In this document: one piece after another, positions 13,825 to 26,534 of the stretch
Layout: each line of letters opens with the position of its first letter
Numbering within the stretch: position 1 is the first letter of the stretch
Assembly: GCA_013265495.1 (NCBI GenBank)
Contig: MU058221.1
Location: 744,001-808,000 of the forward strand
Direction of reading: 5' to 3'
Source: Vicugna vicugna
Lineage: Eukaryota
Length of the DNA stretch: 64,000 nucleotides
Notes under the pieces: model-generated
What the model was told of the DNA's origin: nothing
The model's input: only the letters and a program-made list of their open reading frames with translations
The model's database searches: none
Position numbers and translations under genes: made by a program

Positions 13825-14385
13825 GTTGAATCAAGATGGAGTAGCAGGCCCACGAACTTGCCTCTCCTTGCAGCCACAGCAAAGCCACAGCCACCTTCGG
13901 GACAGCCATCGAGAAAGAAGCCTGGAGTCTAGCAGAAAGGACCTGCTTCAGCTGGAAACATTGAGTCAGAACCACGGCAGGAAGACGGGGGAACGCGCTC
14001 AGGTTGCAGCCGGGCCCCACAGCCTCTGCGTGGGCGACCACAGGCTGAAGAACAGCGACGTGGCAGAGGCGCTCCCACAGGGCTGAGCGCGCTGGGCCGC
14101 ACGTCAGGCTCCCGATCCGGCTCCGGCAGTGGGAGGAGGAGACCCCAGGACATCTGGTTGTGAAGGCCGGGGGGGCTTAACCCCAGGAGCCCCACAGGAC
14201 TAGGAGAGACAGCGATTTAACGCTCTCGGGGGGGCGCACGGGCTCTGCGTGCACCAGGTCCAGGGGCAGAGACAGTGACTGCACAGCAGCCTGGGCCGGA
14301 CCAGCCTGCTGGGTGTGGAAAGTCTCCTGGGGAGTCCGGGGACCGCTGCCGCTCACCCAGGGGACATAGAAGGTGGGGACAGACA
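13825..14385 (+). mobile_element. Isolated L1 5' UTR (L1MA-type 5' end), CpG-rich, with no ORF1/ORF2 following
   Basis: Starts with tcaagatggagtagcagg (resembling the YY1-site L1 start caagatggcgg) and follows the laurasiatherian L1 5' UTR layout (gggcgaccacag; ccccaggacatctggttgtgaaggcc). Confidence 0.65.
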
Positions 14386-14624
14386 TTCAAGACGTGTGGC
14401 AGCTGGAATGTGAGAAGTTCTGGAGGGGCAGGGAAGATAGCTTGTGCTAGGAGACATCAAATTATGTCGGAAAGTTGCAATAACTGAATTTATATGTTGG
14501 TGACCAGTGATGCGCACAGACATATCAGGCACTAATCAGAAAGTCCAAATGCAAACAGATTTTTTTTTTGAAAGTAAAGTCCTCTAAAGTTTAGCCTCCA
14601 AAATGTCAGTGACAGGTATGCCGA

Positions 14625-14835
14625 AGAGCCAAGAATATAGGCTTAGGGTTGAATCAAGTAAGTTTAGATACGAATCCCGGCTTCTGCCTTGACAAGCTGT
14701 GTGACACTGAGCAAATTATTCAAACTCTCAAAACGATACCTCAAACACTTGAGAAGTAGATGGGATTAACACTCTTAAGAAGAGACATGAATCCTGAGAC
14801 AATGCACGTGCTCTCTGAGCGCCTGACATACAGCA
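14625..14835 (+). mobile_element. MIR SINE
   Basis: gaatcccggcttctgcc...agctgtgtgacactgagcaaattattcaaactctc. Confidence 0.75.
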
Positions 14836-16359
14836 AGTTTGCAGTGCGCGCTTGCACATCAGTTGCAAGACGGAGAGGAAATAATTCATTCCGTGTTAAT
14901 ACAGTCAGCTGACTTTTCATCCCTTCCGTGTATAACACCTGCGTGTCTGATGAACAAAGACGTTCAACAGAACAGCCCACATCATGAGACTTGTAGGTCA
15001 AAGCAGAGTCATAACTCTTCGGCTAATTATTGTGAATGGAAAGAGCAACATGGAGAGGGCAGGAGAGCGTAGTCTATTGGAGAGGGGCGAAGCAAGGGAA
15101 GCTGAGTGTCAGGGAGTTGACAGAGGGAATTGAACAGAGATGAGCCTAACAGAGCACAGGGTCCCTTTCGGCACCAGCAGGAAAAAAAATAATTCTGTAT
15201 GAACAAGTTTTGGAATGTGTGTTTGATTTCTAACCGAGAGGCAAATTTCTATTCAGCTTTACAAAACTATGGGTCACAGCACAGTTTGCAGGTTGCGGAG
15301 GTAAAGGATATGCTTTGTCTGACGTTTCATTGGAGAGGTTGACGGGACCAACAAGACCGGCGCCTGGGGGTGGGCAGAAGTCTGCTCTGGGTTTTCCGCA
15401 TTAGGTTTTCCCTGCCTCCTGACCTAATGTTAAAGAGATTGGAACTACCAAGAAAGCGTGTGTGTGTGTGTGTTTTGGTTAATTGAACGGTTGGTTTTAG
15501 GGTTCAGTGCAGTGTGATCTGTGTATCAATGGTCAGAATGTCTCCAACTCAAAAGCGAGTTTCAGTGGTTAGTTGTGACTCCTAACACAACGCGATGCAA
15601 TGATAGCAGCATTTAGATACCAAACCATTCCTTGCCAAACTTCTACCGATGTGTTTTTGCAGTAGCCATTAACTGCCACCTTATGAGAGAGATCCCAACT
15701 GATGTGTCATTGCTGTTACTAAGGAAGGTAAATATAAACTGAGCTGGTCCCAGGATGCAGAAGTTGGTTCAGCTAAACTGGGAGGCACAGGTTAATAAAT
15801 GCGAGTCAAAACATACCATTTTCATAAGCAATTGGGCATTTACATTTGTGAGTGAGTTTTTAGAATTATAATTAGCCAATTTCGAAGGCAAGAAGACAGT
15901 TTCCTCATGAAAATAAAGCCTCACCAAGCTGATCAAAATGCAGTTGGGGACCTTCTACTAATTTGCGATACTGGAATTAGAGACAATCTTAGAGTAATGA
16001 CCTCAGGAGATGAACCACGGAGCCATTCGTACTTTTCCCCACCACTAGGCAGTGGCTTTAATATAATCATTTCCTGTATTCACACACACACTTTTCCATC
16101 TTTCTTCTTCTTATTCCATTGTTAAGTGCTAGGCAGGCACAAACTGGAGGAAGACTGAGTCTCGTGTTTAGTCTGTGGGAGACCGTGGAAATGTGGGATC
16201 TGCCTGGGGTTCCCAGGCCCTCTAGAGAAGGGACTGAGACGAGTGTGAGTTTTGCAGATTAAACAGATTAAATGGGTTCTCAAATATTTTCAAAGTAGTT
16301 AAAAAAAGAAAAGAAAGGAATTGACTTTGGGTAAAAACACATTAGATGCACGCACAGTT

Positions 16360-16960
16360 TTAAAATAGACCTCATTTCCAAGTGCTTTCAGATTTTGGAA
16401 AAGTCGTGGTGTTGAACAGAGAGGTCCCGTACACCCCTTCCCCCGTTTCCCCCGCTGTTAGCGTCTGGCACCAGCATGCTGCACATGCTGTAGCTAACAA
16501 GCCGTCCTTAAGACATTGTTACTAAGTAAAGTTTGCACTTAGAATTCCCACAGACTTTAGCTCACACCCTCTTTCCTGTGCCGGGACCCCGTCTAGAACG
16601 CCGTGTCAGTTATTTTTCACGTCTCCTTAGCCTCTGCTAGACTGAGAGCTCCTCAGACTCTTCCTGTTTCTTCCGACCTTTGCAGTTTTGAGGAGTATCT
16701 ATCAGGCACTCTGTGGGCTGGTGCAGACGGCCTTTCAGTTCGGGTTCGTCTGATATTTTTCTCTCACAGACCGTGGTCATGGGTTTGGGGCTGGAACACG
16801 CATTCCACTGAGAGTGATGCACTATTAAAGTGACTTAGCACTGGTGGTCTCATCCCCAGTTACCTAGACGAGGAAGGGTTTGCTGGGAGCCCTCTATTAA
16901 GTGACTGCTCACGCCACCACTTCAGGCTCTGTCCCATAGAAGGAAGTCACTCGCGTACAC
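16360..16960 (-). mobile_element. Old L1 3' UTR fragment (L1MC/MD/ME-like)
   Basis: acagagaggtcccgtacaccccttccccgtttcccc...tttgaggagtat matches an antisense old-L1 3' end. Confidence 0.65.
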
Positions 16961-17189
16961 ATTTTTATGCCCACCTTCCACTGGTAGAATGTTCCGATGT
17001 TTCTTGGTGCCTCATCCTACCGGCCTCCATACAAAGGAAGTCCTTCAGGTAATGAAGGTCCTACCATGCAGAAAGATGTGTTACGCTCATGTTTCTTTAA
17101 CGTTTTTCTGTGAAATTTCATCTAATACTTACCTACCTACTCTCATAGCAACTCAGAGTATTCGCACGTCAGACCTGCGTGCAGGGCGG

Positions 17190-17553
17190 TATGTTCGTCC
17201 ACTCAGGCTGCCGCAGAAACACCAGAGACTGGGGCTTGCACAGCAGAAATTCGTTTTCCCACAATTCTGAAGGTTGGACATCTGCAGGTGGGTGGCGAGG
17301 GCGCTCCTTCTGGTCCGCAGGTCACAGCCCTTCCCGTCTCCCGTGGCCTCCCAGGCCCTTCTTCACTCCGTTCGTGTGGAGGCAGCCGGAGCCGGTGAGC
17401 TCTCTGATGCCTCTTCTAATAATGATCTCAGTCCCGCCAGAGCAGGGCTCCACCCTGATGACCGCGTGTCCCCGTAGTTACATCCTTAGAGGCTGCACCG
17501 GAGGCGTCAGGTTTCAGCATTTGAATTTTTAGCAGACACATTCAGTCTATCAC
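17190..17553 (-). mobile_element. MaLR solo LTR, MLT1A/C-like
   Basis: ggctgccgcagaaacaccagagactggggcttgcacagcagaaattcgttttcccacaattctg at one end and gacacattcagtctatcac at the other. Confidence 0.8.
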
Positions 17554-18399
17554 CCAAGGTATGAGAAATAACAGGGAAGTCGAGTAATTAACAGGAGATA
17601 ATACATGAAATCTAATTTCTTCATCACCTAATACAAATAAAAGAACAGCAAGTGACTGGGGAAATCCTGTTTTTATTGAGACCATTTGACTCTTGTCTTT
17701 GGAAAAGCAGCAATATTTACCTTTCAAAAGTGCACTAGGTGTCAAGACACGAGAAGATATAAATCTATTCAAACCAACCCTAAAACGAGGCCCCTTCTCT
17801 AAACACACAGCACGACTAGAAGGAGACGGCTGTCCCCACGCTGCACAGCTAATGACAATTGTCTCCACGCAATGACTCTGCTCATTTAATTAAAAAGACC
17901 ATTATGGATCTCACTCGAAGGGGTGCTCACTGAACTCTCCAGAACAAACCTCATTTGTTTTACTGGAGGGTTTGGAAGCGGCATGTTTATTTGTTTTCAA
18001 AGATGGCAAAACAATAGGTCGTGGAAAATATAATGAGCCATCCACTGAGCGAAGTCGCCAGGAGCGGCCTTTCTAAGCTGAGGACGCCGTGACATCGGAA
18101 AGGAATTCATGTCATGACAATACGCTGAGGAAAGGATCAACGAGATGCTCTGCTTAATGCAACGGAGGGAAAAATGGAGCAATGGTGTGAAATGTGTAGC
18201 TTTCCTCCACTTCCGACTGGCTCAGCATGTTGATAACGTCGTGTTTTAACTCCTCTAATTGCTATGTCTGGGGAGGAAGCAGTGCCACCCTGTCTGCTGT
18301 ATTAGTGACATGTTCAAATAACGTGCTACACAGCCCTGCACATAATTCAATTGGATTTCATACATGTGGAACCTTGAGAAAGGGCTTTTCAAACTCAAG

Positions 18400-18570
18400 G
18401 AAGCGTATGTCTTCAGTCTATCAAAGGGTAGTCACAAATTGATAAGATAATAGATAATTAAATGGACTGCACTAGGACAAATGATTACTTAGCAGGAAAA
18501 AAAATGAAGATTCTTACCTAATATTTCAAAATTAATTTCAAGCGGAGTAAGATTTAAATGTAAAAATGTA
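18400..18570 (+). mobile_element. Old L1 ORF2 fragment
   Basis: aaaattaatttcaagcggagtaagatttaaatgtaaaaa resembles L1 ORF2. Confidence 0.5.
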
Positions 18571-20341
18571 AGCCGACCCCAGGACCGAGATGATATCTCA
18601 GCTGATGTTCGGAAAGCAAAGGTGGTAACGGAGTTGTAAATGGCTTATTAGAGAGGAGGAAATTACACTCCGAGGGCCTACAGAGGGGATTCTGGTAAGA
18701 AAAGGGTGATTTGTTCACCTCGAATGATGTGGATAGCGGGAGACTGGATTAAAACTGCACTTGGAAGGCCTGGTTCTTCTGAGGCCAGGAGGCGGGAAGA
18801 CAGTTCTGTGGGTCACGGGTGCCGCGGAGGCTCTGAGCGTGGAGGGTGTGGGTCCCAGCAGCGTTCAAGGGCCAGGCATCTGGCTGAAGCATGGGGAGGG
18901 TGATGCTGACACACTGAACTCAGAGACTTGCTCCTCCTCCCCCAGTCTGCTCCCTGAAAACAGGTAGGAGACGGGAAGATCGCTGGATAGACTACTATCC
19001 AGGGGAAGCGATCAAGCAAAAATACTCAAGCAAAAACACTTGGTGGCAGGGCTGGGCTCCCGCCAACACGTCATTCGCTGCTTTCCTGCTGTCTCCGTAC
19101 AGTAGAGCCACCAGGAAACCATCGTCCCCATGAAAACCATCCAACAGGTGCTTTGGCGCTTTAATTATTCTCAAAGAAATCTCCCCAGGAAGTAGAAAAT
19201 GAGGCAACTGAAAATAAGAGAGGATGAAGTGGGAAAATTAAAACATTAATCCAGAAGACCCAACACATCGCTAATGTACAAAGACCGCATGGTCCAGTTT
19301 GCCCTGGTAAGTCCTGTTCAGAACTGTTTTTTTTTTGTTGTTTTTTTTTTAGCATATTTATTGGTAATGCCCTCTTCAGGTTCAAAAATATCCTAGTTCG
19401 GACTGTCAGATTGCAGTACGACACAATCATAATTTTTAAAAAGAATTTAAAAAATTTAAAAGAGGAGGAGACATTTCAGTAGATGCTGGTGAAACATCAG
19501 AGCACTGATGCTGAACAGAGAATCCTGAACGTCTCCACTGCATAAAGGGCCACATGGCAGCGGTTACGCATCTGAACAGCAATTTTGTTTTTTTCACCTA
19601 CGTCTCTGGCTGTTCTCTCTCAACTTTCTTCATATTCTTTTCTGTCAAGTTGTATTTCCTTAAACTCAGTTTGAGACCTTCTCATGTGCTCATTACGCAC
19701 TTCAGTCTTAGGTGACTTGATCCGTACATAAAACTTCAAATCCACCAGTAGGTAAACGACTTTCAAATCTGTAATTTGGGCACATGCTTTTCTTCTTGGC
19801 TTCAGGACCAAATATATCTATCCAAGTGCCCGTTTGACATTTCCACTAAAGAAAACCTTCAAAACCCTAATTCCACAGCCTAATTTCCTATTCCTTTCAT
19901 CACCTCCACCTCCACCCTGGACCTTTTCCAGGAATCTTTTTCCTTGGATGGTATCAGGAACTACCATCCAGGCGTCAAAAGGTAGAATTCTTGGCGTCAT
20001 CTTGACCCTTCCCTCCCCACTACTCTTGTATTGAATTTATGGCCGAGTCTCACTGATTTTTCCCTCCTGAATTTCCCTTGTATCTCAGTCTCTGCACTGT
20101 CACTCCTGTTACCCTGAGATCGGTCCCCGCTGAACTCCTGACTGCCCTCCGACCATTCAGTCCTCTCCCGTCCCGTCCCCTCCAATTCATTCTGCACGCA
20201 GTAAACCCAGTGATGGTTTTTAAAGGCAAATGTGAGCTCATCAATTACTTGCTTAAAATCCACTCAGGTAGCCCAAATGCTCTTAAAACTATCACCAAAA
20301 AAAAAGGCTTAATTCATCTGTCTTCTCTGTACACTTCTGTC

Positions 20342-20947
20342 TCCTCCATCCCTTCCTCCATGGTCACAAGGGACAACCATAATGACCTTTCTTCATGCTC
20401 TAATCGTTCTCAAAGTATGTTCTCCAGACCCGCAACAGCAAGGCCGCCTGAGAACGTGTTAGAAACGCAAGTTGTGTAAATTCCTGGTCTGCGCGCCAGT
20501 CCTACTGAATCATCACCTCTAGCATGGAGCTCAGCAACGTGTGTTTTAACCACCTCTCCAGGAAACACGGAGGCACTGTGAGAACTGAGAGCCACAGAAC
20601 TTCTCCAGGTACTGATTCCTTCCCTTGCAAAACCACCTACATCCTCCATCCCTTCCTCCATGGTCACAAGGGACAACCATAATGACCTTTCTTCAATTGC
20701 TCTAATCCACTGGTTCTCAAAGTATGTTCTCCAGACCCGCAACAGCAAGGCCGCCTGAGAACCTGTTAGAAACTCAAGTTGTGTAAATTCCTGGTCTGTG
20801 CCCCAGTCCTACTGAATCATCAGCTCTAGCATGGAGCTCAGAAACGTTTGTTTTAACCACCTCTCCAGGAAACACAGAGGCACTGTGAGAACTGAGAGCC
20901 ACAGAACTTCTCCAGGTACTGATTCCTTCCCTTGCAAAACCACCTAC
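20342..20947. repeat. Head-to-tail duplication, 2 x ~300 bp (20342-20641 and 20642-20947)
   Basis: Both copies start tcctccatcccttcctccatggtcacaagg and end ccttgcaaaaccacctac; they differ by a few substitutions and small indels. Confidence 0.97.
20708..20904 (+). mobile_element. MER5A (hAT-Charlie MITE); duplicate copy at ~20405-20597
   Basis: cactggttctcaaagt...cctactgaatca...ttttaaccacctctccagg...tgagagccacag, with degenerate terminal inverted repeats. Confidence 0.85.
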
Positions 20948-22299
20948 TACGATGCCGGATTGTTTCTTGTGTGATGAGTGGGAGAAATGTCTGTCTCCCT
21001 AACTAGAGTTTGCAAAACAGGAGGCCTTGGACCTGGTTAGATCCACGTGTACTTTATTAATACAGGCGGCACATAAGAGAGACTCAGTAAACATGCGAGT
21101 ATGCCAAGCAGAGAGACGAAACGGTGGGAAATAGCAAGGTAAGGGAAGTCGGTTAGCACGCTGTATTGTTAATGACACGCATTCGCTGATTTCAGTAAGA
21201 CCACAGATCAGATGTCACCACGTGAAACTTAACTGAATCAAAGTGTCTCCTAGACGTTCTAAGCCAGCGCCATTTACAAATATAAATGAAATTCAAACAT
21301 ACAAATTGCTGGCAATCACTCATGACCTTAAAGAAGGAAAAAAGTGCTTAGTCACACAGAGCATGATTATACAGGGCTCACTTGCACATGCGGACCTTCG
21401 TTAACATTGTTTTGGTCTCAGTTTCTTTCTTTTTCAGAGCACAAGAAGCTTTGTTCAATCTGCTTGTCGTGCATCCCTTTGATATAATTTTTTTTAAATG
21501 TTCAACAAAAATCAAAAAATAAAGGAGACTGAATAGTCAAGTGTTTTATCTTTGGGAATAGCGATGTATTGGAAAAAGCTTGAACTAGATTCTTGAAGCC
21601 CTGGTTCCTTAAATTCTGAATGTTGTTGCTTGGTTACTAAGTAAGAAGGGAACTTCACGGAAAACCATGCTTTGGACACCTGTTTGGCCGTGTCTTTCCT
21701 ACCTGCGACTGCTCAGGGGCATAGACGTTTAAGTCACCTGGCCATAGGGTGCACTAAAGCAAAAAGATGACGTAAGATCTGAGCTGCGGCAAATGTCTGC
21801 ATTGACTGAGAAGGCAGCTCTTGTTCATCTGCATCCCTCTGCAGAGGCTTGAGCCAAAGTAAGAGCCTCTGTCTTAATAAGCTATGTATTTGGGTCACTG
21901 ATTTTAAGAAAGAAAAGGACAGCTTAGAAAAATGACCTAGAAAATTGAAAAGTTAGGACTTAATTGGAAGAAAAAAAGTTTTTTTTTAAAGATAATAGCT
22001 CTTGGTCTCGGTTTGCCAGGGAAGGTTGTGAAATTGCATCCTTCTTGCCTTTTTTTTTTAAGCTCACTTAAAAGGAAATTATTTAGGCCCAGGTCTATGC
22101 ATGATGGCAGGTGTGAAAATAAGGTCGCCTTTGCCCTGTTCTCCCCCAAAGGTCCTTTTTAACAAAAAAGATCATTCTAATTGGGTGTCATAACAAAGGT
22201 GCGGTGAAAGGCTGTGGAATTGAAACCTACAAGGGCATCTTCTGGACGGGTGTCCACTCCTGTTCAAGAGCCCATCAACCGTCTTCACTTTGTAGCCTG

Positions 22300-23100
22300 T
22301 GTTATTTTTCTTCCTCATGGTTGTTTGACCACTTACATTTCTGTTACCCTCCCCGCTCTCCTTTCCAAGCTCATGTCTGCTTGGCCACCTAGAGTCTGGG
22401 CTACAGAATAAAAGAGCTCCCTGACTTCTGCTGGCCCTCCTCTAATTCACTCGCCAGGCTACTTCACTTCTTAGCCTAACGTCTCTATGGGACCAATCTG
22501 ATTATGCTATTTGTCCGTCTTTCCAGGGTTTGCTACCACTTACTGTTGGTTAATGAGCAAATCTCTTCTTGTAAGTGCCCCAGGACCCAGCACCAGATTA
22601 CTTACTCATTCTTATCTCCAGTCAAAACATGCCTCCTCCAACAAGCCCTCCGCATACTTACTCCACGAGCACAGGTGATTCAAACATAAGGTATTATTTG
22701 AATTTGCTTGACTGTATCGTGCTGCTTAACACCTCCCAGCCATTAGACTCTCTGTGTCCATTTGCCCAGAATGTCCAATTATTTCTCTAGAGTTTTCTGC
22801 CTGGTTATTTCTTAGTTGTCTTTCAAGAGAGCTTGCTTGTGTTCCAGTTCGGTTTTGAAACCTACCCTAACCATCCCTCCCCTTTTCTCCATGAGCACGG
22901 TTGCCATTCCCTGCATTACACTCTTCTCCATGCAGTGTGTCAACACACAACATATTATGTAGATTTTGCAGGATTTTATCATTAATTTTCTGTCTTCCTC
23001 AACTAGGTATCTCCTTAAAGACAGCACTGTTGTCTGACAACTTTATAGCCAGTACCCTGCATTGGGAAGCCCCTCAGTGAGTATATTATGAATGAGTGAT
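22300..23100 (+). mobile_element. LINE-2 remnant
   Basis: Pyrimidine-rich L2 body and 3' end (ctccttaaagacagcac...tattatgaatgagtga). Confidence 0.65.
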
Positions 23101-25599
23101 TTAAAATTCATGACAATATAATAATTTACACTTACAGTTCCTTTTACATTAACTGAACTGGGCTCTCATATGTAGCTTTGTATTCCCAGTGTCTACACGA
23201 GGCTGGTGCCATTATAAGCATGCAAGAAAGCAGTCTGAACAAGCGAATGAGTGAACAGTCCCGATTTGTGCCCATTCTCATCGGTCTTGGCTTTCCCTCC
23301 CCCTTCCCCCCAGGTGGACAACCTTGTACCTGTGACCTCTGCTGAGTGGTTTGTTGGTTGATGACTCAGCATGTTGGCACATTGATAGGAGTGTCTTGAA
23401 AAACAGAAAGATTTTAAGGTCCAAAAGAATGAATTATTAAAAGGGAATTCAAGCAATCTAATGAACATAACAATAGCTATTTGTGAACCGTGGGATGCAG
23501 AGAGAGGAGAAATGGGGATGGGAAAGAAGCAGCAATTCACGGTCCTGAGAAGGTGCAGAGTTTCTGTGAAATGAGGTCGTTAAAGGAGCATGTTGACCAC
23601 TGCTTCCAACTCCTTGACCATCAAAACAAAGTGGTCCTTGTAATTATCAAGTTTTTCTTTGCAAGGTATAGATGTATTCAGAATTGTAGAAAGCCGAATT
23701 TTTACATAAGATTCTGGAATCTGACAGGTTTTAAAGTCACGTATTTTAGAGTACAAAGAGCTCTTGTCGGCGCTTTTTTTTTTTTTGGTGAATTCTGTCT
23801 TAATATTTTCATTCTAAGTGGCATAACAAGTTATAATGAGACCACTTTTAATCAACTTGCTGTTTTCATCCTGTTAATTTCCATGTCTATTTGGGACATC
23901 CATTAAAGTCAATATTCTTAATTTAATGGAAGATTTCCTTTTGAAGCTATTATTTTTTTTCTGTCTAAATTAACACTGAGGATATGTAATGGATGTGTTA
24001 AATAGATAATGCTATTAATGGGAAAACTGCATAAATTAAACACAAGCCGGGTAATTTTCAGAGCATCTGTTTTATTTTCAACAGTGTTGATTCTCTTATG
24101 CAGTGAACAAGCACTCTGCAGCAATCAGACCTCTACCCTGTCTTGTCTATTGCACTGGATTTATAATCACTATGGCAAAAATTTTAGTGATGAAATCCTA
24201 TTTTAATTTTGATACGGATTTAGCAGAAGGAAGAATATATGTTAATAGTCAGTCTCACGTGGGCAACACTCACACATACACATAACCAGGGGTGTGTGTA
24301 GACTTCAGGTGTGAGCCATTATTGAAGACAAAATTTTGATGGTATGGAATTAAGACATGTCAGAGAATTCAATGTAAGGTTTTAAAAATGTTTAAAGGGG
24401 ATAAAAAGCAAAATGCTCTGTTCTAAGTTTACACATCCTCTTTAGAAACACAATAAAAGGATCAATATGTAAAAGAAGCCGTAGGAATTTTTTAAGTTAT
24501 TTTTGTGATTTTCTGTATCTGAGAGCACTTACGAATGGACACAACTTGTGAGGCTCTTCAACTGCTGATTATGTATTTATCAAGCATTTATTTTACAAAA
24601 TATATGGCCATAGATGTATCCCCGTGTTCTGCAATCGGCCTCTTTTTTTTGTTACCAATAAGGTAAATGCAAGATGTCTGCAGTGATAAGAAAATTTTAG
24701 GACATAATGCTTACAGAATACATTTTCTGAGCTTCTCTTAAAAATAGGGGCTAACAATGCTTGAGACTTACTGATGCCTCTGGCAGCATTTATGTTTGTT
24801 CTGGGGAAATAATGCTAAATTTTATATTTCCAAAGCTTTCACGCTATCGTTCTCTTTTACTTTTTCTCTCATTCATATGTGAACACACACGCACACACAC
24901 ATGCACACGCACACACAACAGTGTTGAAACTCTTTGGCAGTCAAGCAGGAGATTCTTCAGTTGCCCGTTCTACATATTAGGAAACCAAACGATTTATCAC
25001 AAAAAGGTTAATGAGCACCTAGATGAGATGCGAAGCAAGGGTTTTAAGGTTCATTTGGTGATTTTAAATGTGGCCTTGGCTTCTTCTGTATCTGTACTTG
25101 TGGAAAGACTGCAGAGGAGCATGGGTAAACTACAGGTGCAAGAAAGGTCATGGTGTCTGGATGATAAATGTGCCCCCTAACTGTATTTTTTTATGGATAG
25201 AATTTTTTTTTAAGACTCAACAAAAAGCACTTCCAATTTGGTGTTGGGAACTATTTTATATTTCTGTGGCTGATTTTTGTAGTGTATTTAAAAACTAAAA
25301 TTTAGGTACTCAGTCCATGATTGTCAAGTGACTTTAATAAACCCAACATTCAATGTGTCAAAAGCTTTTGGCAAAAATACATATTATCATTATTATATTA
25401 AATGCATGATCTTAGGGACTTTTTGCCTATATTACTGTCATAAAATAGCTTTTGGGTTTTTAATATAATGACCCCTTTACAACATGCACTAAAGTCCTAA
25501 GTATCTAATTGTTAAAATATATGTGAAGGGAACCACAAACTGGTTAGCTAAAAGTAACCGCCATTGAGTTCTTCCTTCTCTCCTAAAATACCAAAAGCC

Positions 25600-26530
25600 A
25601 GATAGCCTGATGGAGTGTGGTTGTGTTAGGCGGTGGGGGCACCGGCAGGCAGGTGGAGGAGCGGGAGGAGGGTCCGGAGGATGGAGTGGTCCCCGCCTCC
25701 AGCACAAGGGGCTTCACTTCGTCTGAAGGAGCGCCAGCGAGAAGCCAGTTAGAACCTGACCGGCTCAGCTGCCCTGCGGTGGCAAGGACCTAGCCGGACA
25801 CGACCCCGTGCTCTTTGCCGTGCAGTTAACATCGCGGTTCAGGCCTCCCCGGTGGCGTCTTCTGTGCGCATCACGGGGGAGGACGTGCGCAAAAGCAGGC
25901 GGCGCCAGGCCCTCCTGAGGCAAGAGCTGTCAGTCAATCCAGAGGCCGCCGCTGAGCGAGGGAGTGAGACCGGGGACCCTGGGACCGGCCCGCCTCCCAT
26001 CCTGGGAGGCGCGCTTCCCTTCCGCTAAATAAAGCCTCTAGAACGTCTCGCTTCACAATGCGTCTGCCTCCCTCTGAATTCTTACCTTTCGGGGCTGACA
26101 AGGACGGGGGTCTTGCCCCGCCCCCTTGCGGGGTAACCGTGGGAAAGGGGTCGGTGGCTTGCATGGTGCCTGCGTTCTGCTCACTTCTCTGTGGGCGCCA
26201 CTGCATGCGCCAGGCTCTCCGAGGACCGCGGAGGACACACCGATGACCACATGCGAGAACGCCAGAATCCTCGCCGGGACGGAAGCCGCAGTCCATCCAA
26301 GAGTCAGAATTCAAGTTTTCAAAGAAAGGAGGGGGGCGGGGAAGGGACGATGCAAGGGAAATGGTTGCTACGGGCCCTTTAAACCCACCCTGACCTGCGC
26401 CTAAGCAGCCCCGGTTGCCTATGAACAGTCTCCCCCCTTAAGCCCCCGGGTGCGTCTCTGCGCTGCGCGCTGGTGCCCACCTGCACTGATCTGCATCCTT
26501 AGTTGTTGCCGCAGGGATTTCTTTATAACT
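25600..26530. promoter_or_regulatory. CpG-island promoter candidate with GC boxes and NRF1-, ETS- and RFX X-box-like motifs
   Basis: Dense CpG in non-repeat DNA; GCCCCGCCCC 26115-26124, GGGGCGGGG 26333-26341, CTGCATGCGC 26201-26210, ACGGAAGC 26279-26286, GTTGCTACGG 26364-26373, GTTGCCTATGAAC 26414-26426; minus-strand donor AAG|GTAAGA at 26086/26085. Confidence 0.7.
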
Positions 26531-26534
26531 TTGA

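Larger units (their letters stand above)
19600..21110 (+). mobile_element. LINE-2 remnant interrupted by MER5A and a tandem duplication
   Basis: ccaagtgcccgtttgacatttccact; gtcatcttgacccttccctc; L2 3' end (ggcacataagagagactcagtaaacatg). Confidence 0.75.

Noticed and set aside
18960..19312. Exon-like segment ending in a + strand donor CTG|GTAAGT
   Set aside because: The frame I read stops early and the 3' part resembles HAL1/L1 ORF1 remnants.
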